A DNA stretch of 64,000 nt from Gammaproteobacteria bacterium (lineage in GTDB: Bacteria; Pseudomonadota; Gammaproteobacteria; UBA4575), in assembly GCA_965222615.1 (NCBI GenBank), contig CBDCUI010000007.1, positions 448,001 to 512,000 on the forward strand. The letters run 5' to 3'. Positions within the stretch are counted from its first letter, which is position 1; every line of letters starts with the position of its first letter. The position numbers and the translations under genes were made by a program. This document shows positions 52,167 to 61,986 of this stretch, one piece after another. Below the pieces are notes generated by a model. It saw only the letters and a list, made by a program, of their open reading frames with translations. It did not search any database and was not told the DNA's origin.

Positions 52167-52386
52167 AACAAATTAGTATTGATAGGTTAGTTCTAATTTG
52201 GACAATATAAATTCCTACACTTATATCTAATATAAAAATCTGAGCATAGCCCTGTGCTATTACGACAATATGGTGTCAAATTATTGACACTACACTCCGA
52301 CTGCATGTCGTGTCATATTACTGTCGTTATCAATTATTGCTGATCTGCCAATCAGGAAATAAGTTACATAGGGAGTCAAAAATATC

Positions 52387-52593
52387 ATGAGTAATGATAT
52401 CGAACATGAGGACCTTACCGAATTTGAAACGGACATTTTACATCGTGAAGGTTGGCATCTTGTCTGTATGCTTAGATCTGAAGAAAAGGCAATTGAAAAA
52501 GCAAATACCATAGAACGCAAAACTGGAATACGTAAAAAGGAGTCAGAGGGTAAAGTTACCTTTGAAGTATGGGATAAATGGTTTGGTATCTAA
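52387..52593 (+). CDS. Hypothetical protein (68 aa)
   Basis: Preceded by a GGGAG Shine-Dalgarno-like site; protein-like composition; stops 6 bp from the convergent kinase stop. Confidence 0.6.
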   Translation: MSNDIEHEDLTEFETDILHREGWHLVCMLRSEEKAIEKANTIERKTGIRKKESEGKVTFEVWDKWFGI

Positions 52594-52599
52594 CTACCC

Positions 52600-54360
52600 T
52601 TATACTTGAAGGTCTGTTTGACTCGTTTCTCGAGATAATTTCAGTGTTTTTAAAGCTTGTACAAGCTTTGTATCAGCAGGGTCTATCGCTAACGCTTTTT
52701 TATAAAACAATATCGCCCTGTGATGGTTATTATTTTTTAGATCTTGTTCAGCCCAGCTTACATAACTTTTTTTAATCATTGCGATGCCTGCAATCGCATC
52801 AGAGTTATTTGGTTCAGCTCTTAATATTTGTTGATAGGTGTCATAAGCATTATTATTTGGTGGAGTAGTTAAGTTTTTATTTAATACCTGTTGCTTTGCT
52901 CTATTTAATAACTCAGTAACAGATGTTGTTTCCAATTCATAATCTTTTATTGAATTTGAAAGATTACTAAACTTATTAGCTACTATTTTTGAATTATCTT
53001 GAGAATCTAAAACTGCTAAAACTTCTTGGCTGATTAGGTCATTTGGGTTTATTTCACGCGCTTTTTGAATGAAATATTTAGCACGTTTCAATTCATTATT
53101 TTCCAAATGGTGTAATGCCCATCCTACATATTTATTGTGTGCTTTCTGAGTTTCTTGCTGAACTATTGTATTACTTTTTGGAATAGTAACTCTTTCATTA
53201 AGATATACTAGAAGTAATGCTAACGACGTTAAACCTAAAATAACGCTGAGTAGAACTACTTTCCCAACTGGTAAAGTATGTTTTTTTATTGAGATATCAC
53301 CATTTATTTTAAAACCGATAGCATTTTTGAGTAAAGAAGTTATAGATTTTGACAGCTTAGAATATCCGTCATACAAATCGCCACGAGGACGATATGTTAG
53401 AGCTGCGTTGAGATATTCTAAATCATCTATTGACGTTTCACGTGGTTTGAGAACAGAAATATTCTCACCTAAATATTCTGGCCCTGCTAATACACTATTG
53501 CTATTCTTCATTTGGTCAAGTATGTCTATTACTTTATGAGCAGTACTGATACGATCTTCTGCCTGCTTTGCCAGCATCTTATTTATTAGTGGCTGCAGGT
53601 ATTGATACTCTTTGGAAAGAGCAGGAATTGGATCATGTAAGTGAGCATTTCTTATCGCTTTACTATCGCCGTTATTGTACGGCGGTAGACCTGTAAGCAT
53701 TTCAAAGAAAACAACCCCTAATGAGTAGACATCGGAACTTGGTCCAATTGTATGTAAATTAATTTGTTCCGGACTCATATACCGCGGTGTACCAAAGTTA
53801 CATCGGTCTGAAATTTGAACGTGAGAATGTGATACCGTAGCAATACCAAAGTCGGATAAGACTGCAGAGTCTTCATCACGAAACAAAATGTTTTCCGGTT
53901 TGATATCACGATGGACAAAACCATTCTCGTGTGCGTAAGCCAAGGCCTTAGCAATCTGTTTAGTCACTTTCACAATCCACTCGAATTCAAGCTTACTAAC
54001 AAGACGCTGTCGAAGATTACCCCATGCCAAGTACTCCATTGCAATGTAATGGTATTCATCTGTTGTACCAACATCATGGATAGTGACAATATTTGGGTGG
54101 ACGAGCTTAGCATTCACTAAGCCTTCTTTGATAAAACGACTGGTGCTTTGCTCATTGTCGGACAAAGCAGTGTGCATCACTTTTAATGCAACCTGTCGTC
54201 CCAGTGATTTTTGGATTGCGACATAGACATTGGCAGTGCTACCACCACCACACCGTCCTATAATTCTATACCCTGGAATTTCTATATCGAGAGAGCTCTC
54301 GAATTTAGTTTGATCTATCCTTAGGTCGTAACTCTTTCCAACAATCTCCAGATCTATCAC
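52600..54360 (-). CDS. Hanks-type Ser/Thr protein kinase with TM and extracytoplasmic TPR-like domain
   Basis: VALKVM, HRDIKPENILF, DFGIA, GTPRYMSPEQ and SDVYSLG motifs; one TM; LTTPPNNNAYDTY TPR-like module. Confidence 0.93.
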   Translation of the reverse strand: MIDLEIVGKSYDLRIDQTKFESSLDIEIPGYRIIGRCGGGSTANVYVAIQKSLGRQVALKVMHTALSDNEQSTSRFIKEGLVNAKLVHPNIVTIHDVGTTDEYHYIAMEYLAWGNLRQRLVSKLEFEWIVKVTKQIAKALAYAHENGFVHRDIKPENILFRDEDSAVLSDFGIATVSHSHVQISDRCNFGTPRYMSPEQINLHTIGPSSDVYSLGVVFFEMLTGLPPYNNGDSKAIRNAHLHDPIPALSKEYQYLQPLINKMLAKQAEDRISTAHKVIDILDQMKNSNSVLAGPEYLGENISVLKPRETSIDDLEYLNAALTYRPRGDLYDGYSKLSKSITSLLKNAIGFKINGDISIKKHTLPVGKVVLLSVILGLTSLALLLVYLNERVTIPKSNTIVQQETQKAHNKYVGWALHHLENNELKRAKYFIQKAREINPNDLISQEVLAVLDSQDNSKIVANKFSNLSNSIKDYELETTSVTELLNRAKQQVLNKNLTTPPNNNAYDTYQQILRAEPNNSDAIAGIAMIKKSYVSWAEQDLKNNNHHRAILFYKKALAIDPADTKLVQALKTLKLSRETSQTDLQV

Positions 54361-55237
54361 TTTGAATACACTACTATTTAAATATAAAACTTTATCATCG
54401 AAACGTCAGGCCCTGAAAGCACTTACCAACGACAAGCCTCTATGAAGTTTGTTTGCAGTAATTGAGCTACACTAAATTAGCTTCACATTTTTATACTGTC
54501 AGGTAAGTAAGTATAACTTATATCCGCAATAAGGCATGTCTTGAAAAAATTAAAAGACACAATTGAGCCCAACTAAGCTGATAACTCCCTGGACAAAGGG
54601 TTTATAGCATAAGGATTCACTGGATAGCTCAATTACTCTTAATTTATTGAAGACAATATTGATAATCTCATTTCAAGCAAGTAGTCGTTCTTCGATGTAG
54701 CTCACGCACACTCAATATCATAAGCCAATAGTTTAAAGTTATTTCTAACAAACGCCGTATGTAAAAATTATGACTTGAGATGTGTATTGTTACCTATACC
54801 GTATTTGTATTCAGGTATGTAAATCCACTAGTAAAAAGTATTTTAGATATGAATCCGGGTATATGGTAAACAGCGAAAACATAGAACCTTGGGATTTCAG
54901 TAAACCAGGAAGTAAAACACAAAACTTTAAATAAGACTACTGCAGACCAGTTAGTTAATTATTTAATGCTGAGAAAGTAACAAAATTGAAATAAAAAATA
55001 TTTTTAGATTGAGACAATCTTCACGAGCAAGTGCTCAAGCCTGGTGGTTTTACGTTGATTGTTAATAAGCTGTTTTTACGAGCATAGAAAAAATTGTCTA
55101 TTCTGATTGCTATTTAGTACTAAAAAGAAAAGTTACACATTTACACAAATTTATCTTTAAATATATTAGATCTCTCAAAACAAAAGCTATCACTATTCGT
55201 GATGAGTTTTTTATTTTGAGAAAGAAATAAGAAATAC

Positions 55238-55460
55238 TTTCGCCATATTTAATTTGCGAGTTTTTAATTTTTGTGTGACTTCGTCAGCATTCATTTGCGT
55301 GTACTACCCACACACAAGGGTGGTCGGAGTGACACTTGTGCGCAGGTATTGCGCGCAAATCGAAGCATAGCGCAGCTATTCCGTAGATCCATCCGAGATG
55401 GTATGGCTTCGCCATACTTAATTTGCGACTAATACCCAGTCGCATGTGTGGTCGGAGTGA
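55238..55460 (-). repeat. tRNA-linked direct repeat (128-bp period) including the tRNA 3' end
   Basis: 57-nt blocks at 55276-55332 and 55404-55460 align without gaps; a third partial copy lies at 55238-55260. Confidence 0.75.
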
Positions 55461-55525
55461 GAGGATTTGAACCTCCGACCCCTGCCTCCCGAAGACAGTG
55501 CTCTACCAAGCTGAGCTACACTCCG
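55449..55525 (-). tRNA. tRNA-Pro(CGG)
   Basis: CGGAGTGTAGCTCAGCTTGGTAGAGCACTGTCTTCGGGAGGCAGGGGTCGGAGGTTCAAATCCTCTCACTCCGACCA: cloverleaf, anticodon CGG, encoded CCA. Confidence 0.97.
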
Positions 55526-55605
55526 AATATTTCTTTAAATTACATTGGACTGATTTAACTAGTGTAGCAAAAGTTCACGGCTTTTTATTTGTCTTTTTTT
55601 ATAGA

Positions 55606-57294
55606 TTACTTTCTACCATAAAGTGTCCGTATTAATTCTCCATTAACTTTTTTCGATTTATGTGTTTCCTTATTGTCTTTCGATACAAATACGAGCAAGG
55701 CATCCTTAATTTCTATATCATGCTTAACAAGCGGGAATTCACCTATGAATAACCACTTATCATTATCTTCAAACAACATTGTTTTCAACAAAGTGTAGTA
55801 ATTTCTATGTCTATCCGCATTAATAGATGTGTCTAAAATTACTGCATTAACTGGGATAGCATCCAGCAACTCAGCAATTTCTGTAGTTGTTTGAACCTTT
55901 TCTTCAGAAACCCTTCCAAACCAATCCTGATCAACAAAAAGCTTGGAGCCTCTCAATACGTATTCACCCACTTTGTGTTGAGAGGCAGCTGCCGCAATTA
56001 CACTTCCCTCACCAACTGATTCGGAAGCAACTAAAATGGCCAATTGCTCTGCTTGCAATTGTTTTGAAATTTCACTTAAAGCATTTGTATATCCTGTATT
56101 TGTAGAGCCGGCGATACTGAACTGCGTGAAAAGAAACGCAATCGCTGCAAAAATATAAGCTATTTGATAGACATATTTCCTAGATGACATAGTAGAAAAT
56201 TTATTAGCTATCCATTCTATTCCAGCAACGGCAAATAATATTAAAGCCGGTATAGCAACCAGCATATAGCGGCTATCTAAGGAGGCCGCCACGAAGACAT
56301 GCATTAAATAAGTTGCAGTTACAAGTGCAGCAAGTGCTGGCCAAATCAAGTCAACTTGTTTTTTCGTTAACAAAGGAACAAGAATTTTTACCCAAATACC
56401 AAATAAGATTGGAATAAATAAAACTAGACCAACCGCTTTATATAATTCCTCAGCAAAATGAGGAATTGCCTGCTGCGTGTACTCCGTACTAAAAACAGCC
56501 TCACCAACAAATGCCCCCGTATTTACACTTGGCATTATTAGATACCATGGCACACAGAAAATTATGACAGGAACTGCCGATAACCAAAATACCGGGCGCA
56601 GCAACATATTGAACCGCCATGCAAATAACATAGTAAGAATAGGCATTAACCCTATCGCCCATGCACTGCCTCGAGTAAGAATTGCTAGCGTTGCAAATAT
56701 AGAGAACAAAAGGCCATGAAAAAGCTTTTCACTTGACAAAAACTTTGTAAGAAAGATTACCGATAACAAAGTAAATAAAGTTACCAAATGTCCAAGCATT
56801 ACAGTTCCGGTAAGCTGCTGAACAAATGGCAGCGCAAGAAATATACTAGCTGCGAAAGCACCCGCTAATTTACTAAACTGCGATTTAGCAAGATGATAGA
56901 TTGCCGTAGCTGTTGTAGCAGCTACAATAGCGATAAAACTCAGCGCTGATATTCTTGATATACCGAAAAAAATAAACCAAACACCAAGTAGCGCATAAAA
57001 AATAGGTGGCCAATGCCCAATGGCAACCTTAGGATAATGGGTATAATAATCCTCTGCATATCTTATTGGATCACTATATTCTCCACTTAAGATAAAGTCA
57101 TGGACCATTAAAGATGTTACATAGTGTGACGGCTCATCCGAGAAACTACTATACTCATTAGCTAAACAACCGCCTAACCATTGCAATAAAAAAGCTTCTA
57201 TACAAAATACCAACCCAACTAGGCTATATTCCCAATAGCGATTTTTTACACCACTAGATGAATCTAGTTTTTCATTTGCTGATAAACTTATCAT
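55606..57294 (-). CDS. GT-C-fold (ArnT/PMT-like) membrane glycosyltransferase
   Basis: First-loop acidic motif FSDEPSHY, HWPP, about 12 TMs, DSRY and a C-terminal soluble domain. Confidence 0.8.
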   Translation of the reverse strand: MISLSANEKLDSSSGVKNRYWEYSLVGLVFCIEAFLLQWLGGCLANEYSSFSDEPSHYVTSLMVHDFILSGEYSDPIRYAEDYYTHYPKVAIGHWPPIFYALLGVWFIFFGISRISALSFIAIVAATTATAIYHLAKSQFSKLAGAFAASIFLALPFVQQLTGTVMLGHLVTLFTLLSVIFLTKFLSSEKLFHGLLFSIFATLAILTRGSAWAIGLMPILTMLFAWRFNMLLRPVFWLSAVPVIIFCVPWYLIMPSVNTGAFVGEAVFSTEYTQQAIPHFAEELYKAVGLVLFIPILFGIWVKILVPLLTKKQVDLIWPALAALVTATYLMHVFVAASLDSRYMLVAIPALILFAVAGIEWIANKFSTMSSRKYVYQIAYIFAAIAFLFTQFSIAGSTNTGYTNALSEISKQLQAEQLAILVASESVGEGSVIAAAASQHKVGEYVLRGSKLFVDQDWFGRVSEEKVQTTTEIAELLDAIPVNAVILDTSINADRHRNYYTLLKTMLFEDNDKWLFIGEFPLVKHDIEIKDALLVFVSKDNKETHKSKKVNGELIRTLYGRK

Positions 57295-57399
57295 AATCCT
57301 TTAAACCCTATAAATCCTTTTTAAACAAGCTCACCAAATTTCTACTTCTATCTGTGAAGCTTGGGATACTAACTGTAGCTTTTCGGTAGGATTAACTAC

Positions 57400-57569
57400 A
57401 ATCCCCATATGAAGCTTTGCAAAATACATTAGTACTGCAAATAGTAAATGTAATATTTTTATAAGCCTCCAGGGTTGTCTTACCAAATAAAATGGCAAAT
57501 AAATGTCCCCGTTTCGTTAAGAGTGCCATATAAATTAACAACAATAGTAAAATCTTTTTTTCCAATTTT
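57400..57569 (-). pseudogene. Decayed HAD-family phosphatase N-terminus
   Basis: Minus strand KKDFTIVVNLYGTLNETGTF (degenerate DLDGT motif I), then a frameshift into YLVRQPWRLIKILHLLFAVLMYF. Confidence 0.5.
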
Positions 57570-57570
57570 G

Positions 57571-57990
57571 CTAGCGATTTGAAAATGTAATATTTCTATT
57601 TAAATAGTAATTTAAAATAAAAATAATCGTTATAGTAATTACTTGTACACTTACGTAGTGCCAGTTCGTAACCGTAGATAATGTCCAAAATAATATGGTA
57701 TTTAGCATCAGTGTTGAAATAGTGATAATGCAATAAATCGAAAAGCTCGTTATCAGTTTCGCCGATGAATTAAATACATATTTCTTTTGCAAAATATAGT
57801 TAACGGGTGTAGCACAAATAAAACCTATGGCAGATGCAAGTGTCTCATTTACTGCCCATACTTCTACCAACACTGCTAATACAAGCAGATGAACAAGTAC
57901 AGCAATGCTGCCTGCGATTCCATAGCGAAACAGTTCACCAATTCTTGACTGACTAAACGCAATCAGCCAGCGTTCAAGATATAACATCAA
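57571..57990 (-). CDS. GtrA-family flippase-like protein
   Basis: FRYGIAG, NY.LQK.YVF and NY.LNR.ITF motifs; four TMs. Confidence 0.9.
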   Translation of the reverse strand: MMLYLERWLIAFSQSRIGELFRYGIAGSIAVLVHLLVLAVLVEVWAVNETLASAIGFICATPVNYILQKKYVFNSSAKLITSFSIYCIITISTLMLNTILFWTLSTVTNWHYVSVQVITITIIFILNYYLNRNITFSNR

Positions 57991-57991
57991 A

Positions 57992-58975
57992 TTAAGGTTC
58001 GTGTACTTCTAGTAAAAAATTAAGCCATGGAAGTTCAATAAATAATGCCGTTACCGCAGCAATACCGAGAATAGCTATAAATAATATAAACTTTTTCTTT
58101 TTATATAGTTTTTCGGGAGCTTGTGATACAGAATTGACCTGCATACCAATATACAAATACCAAACAAATAAAATGGCAAAAAGAGGTAATATCAGTAAAA
58201 ACTCAATCTTATACTTAACTAGAAATACACCAAGAAAAACTGCTGACATTAATGCATAAAAGAAAGCGGAAAGCAGTAGTTTTTCTTCTGTGTAATGTTG
58301 AAATGAAGCACGATATAACCCTGCACGGCCGGAGTCATCTATAAATCGATATTCCGCATAGCGTTTCACCGCCATTAGAAATGCGCCACCCATCCAATAA
58401 GATAACAGCACACTAGATGGAGGAATAAGCGGTGCCACCACCAAATACCAACCTAGTAAAAAACGTAATGGATTATTAATTGCCTCAGACAAAACATCTA
58501 TGTAAACACGGTCTTTAGTTCGTAGTGGGCTTACGTTATATATAACCCCCATTATTAATAATGTCGCATTCGTAATTAGAAATTCAATTTTAATCAAATA
58601 AGAAAGATAAAGACCTAGAGCCGAAAGTAATAACCACTGAAGCAATACAAATTCTTTCTTAACACTACCTAATGCCGATGGACGATTCTTTTTTACTGGG
58701 TGGTGACGATCATACTTTGCATCCAACCATTCATTGATAGTGTAATTTGCTGACGCAATTAAACAGACACTAGTAACACCAATGATCAATATCCAGATAA
58801 AATTGTTTGGAATAGTTGCACCCAAAGCTATTGCAAAAATTAGCCCGGGTATCATAAAAATATTTTTAAACCAGTGGTCTGGGCGCGCAATATCAATGTA
58901 AGGCTTTATATTCTTTTGCACTTTTTTAACCCAATTACCTTGCTGAGCCTCAAGCATGTTCGGTGTAGGATCCAT
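57992..58975 (-). CDS. UbiA-family polyprenyl-phosphate phosphoribosyltransferase (Rv3806c/NoeC-like)
   Basis: ARPDHWFKN, Y.INE..D..YDRHHP.KK.RP.A.G and KRYAE motifs typical of the DPPR-synthase subfamily. Confidence 0.85.
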   Translation of the reverse strand: MDPTPNMLEAQQGNWVKKVQKNIKPYIDIARPDHWFKNIFMIPGLIFAIALGATIPNNFIWILIIGVTSVCLIASANYTINEWLDAKYDRHHPVKKNRPSALGSVKKEFVLLQWLLLSALGLYLSYLIKIEFLITNATLLIMGVIYNVSPLRTKDRVYIDVLSEAINNPLRFLLGWYLVVAPLIPPSSVLLSYWMGGAFLMAVKRYAEYRFIDDSGRAGLYRASFQHYTEEKLLLSAFFYALMSAVFLGVFLVKYKIEFLLILPLFAILFVWYLYIGMQVNSVSQAPEKLYKKKKFILFIAILGIAAVTALFIELPWLNFLLEVHEP

Positions 58976-59252
58976 TTACTACTATCGTCCTATTTATTAA
59001 TAGTTATACTTTTATTATACGTTTTACAGAGTTATAACCTTTTTAATAACTCTTTGTTTTTTGAATTTCTCCTTAAACCTAGAATTATATTTTGTGACCT
59101 AGTTCACATTAAGTAAAACAAAGGCCTACATAAAGTATTGTTAATTGCTTGTATCTCACCATATTGAACAGATTAAATCGTCATATAATTAAAATCTCTC
59201 TGACAAATTCCTTAATTATTGAAATGAATTTTCTCTGTGATTTGATACTTAT

Positions 59253-61409
59253 TTATTCAGAATTTCCACGAATAGAATAAATTTTGGCACCAACATTACG
59301 ACTTGCCTCTATTGTTTCATAATAGGGTGTATCGGTAATACTGATAAATCCTATTTGGTAATTTTCTTCATCTAGTGTTCTTCCAGTTAAGGGTTGGTCT
59401 ATATACTGAAACCAATGAGCACCGATGATATAAGGGTTCACAAGAGCGCTTTTAAGATAGTGTTTATATTTTTTTGCTCTGTCTTGTTGGTTATCTGCAT
59501 GTACCAACCCCGACCCAAAAACCCCTCGATCATTTGAACCAAAATGCCACTCTCCTATTAGAATTGGCTTATCGATACTATCAGGTGGAGCAAAATCCCC
59601 TACATCAGTCCGATATAAATTATAACTCACCACATCTGCATACTTAGCGGCAGCAGTAGCGGGTATAGGAAACTCACCATTCAGCCTACTTCCCAAGTAA
59701 AGTATGTCAGGTGCATGTTGTTTAATAAATTTCCGTATAGATTTGTAGTACTGTTCCGCAGACATTCTATAAAATTCACTGGCAATATCCCAAGGTATAT
59801 CCACATCATTTAAAATTACTGGTACATCCAGTGCAGCCCATGTGCCGAAATTAGTATTCCAATGTTGATTAAATTCATCTATAGCTTTATATTTTTGAAC
59901 TAGAAACTCAATAAACTTTACTTTTGCAGGCTGTTTAGCTGGAGCACTTAGTATCATTGCAACAAACGATTTTGCATCTCCCCAAGGTAATTCGTTATCA
60001 ACAAATACTCCAATACACCAAGCATCTTCTTTAAGTCGATTTAGTTTTCCCTTTGTCTTTTCTAGTTGCACAATAAATCCTGAATCCCACATATCTACCA
60101 TATTAGTTTTATACTTTCCTTTTCCCACTATTTTAGGTGCTCGATAATATAGCCATTCGACATAAGGAGTCTTGCCCATAGAAGTAATTTCATTTGCAGA
60201 CCAAAGCCCTATAGTATTTAGCCCCCAACTAGCAAGGCGCTTATGTATAAGTCTGTTTACAGTTTGTTTCCAATCTAGGCCATATTTGATCATCAAGTTA
60301 GACTGAAAAAAATCATAGGCCTTCAACTTGTCCCGGGCTTTATAGTATCCCTTTTTAACTTGATGTCTTTTTAAATTTGCAAAAAGATTTTCAAAGTACA
60401 GTGTATTATCCGCTAGATTACTAAAGTATTCTTCACGGTCTGTGACAATGGTCAGCTGTGTATTTCTAACCACATCTACACCATGTGACCAAAATAAATA
60501 TCCTTCTGGGTCGATGAACCACCATTTATTGTCAACCTTTTTCACCCGAAAATGCTGAGTAGGTTTAAACCGTGGACCATTTATCCATCCACCGTATTTA
60601 TTCCAATTGCCGGGTCGAAGGTGTTGCTTAAGCTCATTGACTTCAAACTCCCTTTGGGCTTTTAGATCATCGATCGATAGAACCTTGTTTGGCCAATTAG
60701 CATGCTTAAATTGACCGAACCGATCTACAAAAGGGAAAAATTCTTTTTTGGATAGATTCATCCATGGCATATGATTGTAATCACCCATTGCTTTCAAATT
60801 CCCAATTTCAAATGTTCGAGATGTGGATGAACGCTTTACGAAAACGACTAATTTTGAAACCTTGTGCGCATCAAAACCTGTTTCAGACATGCCATGTGGT
60901 AGTTTCCGCATGCCAATAAGTTTAGATATTGAAGCCTTTTGTTGTTTAAGTTTTAGATGAATACTGCGCGTTTTCAATGCCGGTATTGTAATTCTTGCTG
61001 TGCTCCATGGACGTAGTTTTTTGTTTGTGAGCAAAGGGCTATCTGCTCGCAGAAAAAGTGTCAACGGTGTTGTATCTAAATTTTTTACAGTTAGTGTAAT
61101 CTCTAAATACCGTGCAAGATTCCAGTAATCCTTATCAGCTGGTTTAATGGTAACACCAGGCCAAGGTTTAGAGGTCCCGGCTATAACATGTAAAAAATCT
61201 GGTTGCGACCTAGAGTCTTTTATAACCGCGTCATTTGTTTTTAACTGTGAATGGTTACTTAAATCAGCTAGCTCTATTACAGCAGGGCTTTCCTTTGCAA
61301 CGTTAGTAGCATTAGCTACTTCTGCTAGGTGCGTCTGTGTGCTTGCAAGACTGTTAATGCTATAAACAACAAAAAACAATAAAACAATTCTGGCTGTTCT
61401 TGGATTCAC
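59253..61409 (-). CDS. Secreted GH50-like (beta-agarase family) glycoside hydrolase
   Basis: Signal peptide, VDRFGQ....WP.K, KWWFIDPEGY.FWS.G, WG.NTIG.WS and catalytic VDNELPWG and GEWHFG..DRG motifs. Confidence 0.85.
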   Translation of the reverse strand: MNPRTARIVLLFFVVYSINSLASTQTHLAEVANATNVAKESPAVIELADLSNHSQLKTNDAVIKDSRSQPDFLHVIAGTSKPWPGVTIKPADKDYWNLARYLEITLTVKNLDTTPLTLFLRADSPLLTNKKLRPWSTARITIPALKTRSIHLKLKQQKASISKLIGMRKLPHGMSETGFDAHKVSKLVVFVKRSSTSRTFEIGNLKAMGDYNHMPWMNLSKKEFFPFVDRFGQFKHANWPNKVLSIDDLKAQREFEVNELKQHLRPGNWNKYGGWINGPRFKPTQHFRVKKVDNKWWFIDPEGYLFWSHGVDVVRNTQLTIVTDREEYFSNLADNTLYFENLFANLKRHQVKKGYYKARDKLKAYDFFQSNLMIKYGLDWKQTVNRLIHKRLASWGLNTIGLWSANEITSMGKTPYVEWLYYRAPKIVGKGKYKTNMVDMWDSGFIVQLEKTKGKLNRLKEDAWCIGVFVDNELPWGDAKSFVAMILSAPAKQPAKVKFIEFLVQKYKAIDEFNQHWNTNFGTWAALDVPVILNDVDIPWDIASEFYRMSAEQYYKSIRKFIKQHAPDILYLGSRLNGEFPIPATAAAKYADVVSYNLYRTDVGDFAPPDSIDKPILIGEWHFGSNDRGVFGSGLVHADNQQDRAKKYKHYLKSALVNPYIIGAHWFQYIDQPLTGRTLDEENYQIGFISITDTPYYETIEASRNVGAKIYSIRGNSE

Positions 61410-61986
61410 AACATTTTATTAATTTTTAAGCAAATAGGCTTATCTAGCATTATTATAAGAAGCCAATTTTAATTATTTGAGGGGTAAAACAAGCTTATTC
61501 TGAGCCTACCAATGATTTTCTTAGAATCAGCAACGAATGAACCATGCCCTAACCTCATCTAATTACAAGACATTAGATTAACTATGGTTAATTAGTTGCC
61601 CAACCTAATGCAACTATTGTCAGTCTCTCACATCCAATTATTCAGGTACATATCAGTAATTAGTTTTACGTGTTTTGTAATGTGCCCATTAAGTGCTTGG
61701 GTTAGCTCTAGACTGATACCTGTCTATACTAACCATTTGTCAGAACATAAATTTTTATAAAAATGAGCTAATTTATTGAAATAATTCACAAAGAACTGAA
61801 ATATTTAACTAAGTTTAGCCTTAACTAATGTTAGTATATTGGGCTAAGGTGGCTTACATCCAGGCAAATATACATACGTAAGGGGCTCATTGATTCGGTA
61901 TTAACCTTTTAATACTGAATAAAGCCTGTTTAATTTATAGTAACGAGCTTTGTTTTTTTACCATTGACTAATACTAAAGCTAGAAT

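Noticed and set aside
52290-52300. ctacactccga, identical to the tRNA-Pro 5' end region (55516-55526), as a possible att site
   Set aside because: Only 11 bp, matches the 5' rather than the usual 3' tRNA half in direct orientation, and no integrase is present.
55238-55460. Repeat near the tRNA as a CRISPR array
   Set aside because: Only two or three diverged units containing the tRNA 3' end, no regular repeat-spacer pattern and no cas genes.
61410-61986. Search for an ops/JUMPstart element or defined operator upstream of the polysaccharide locus
   Set aside because: No GGCGGTAG found; the many CTAA/TTAG words are not distinguishable from AT-rich background by eye.
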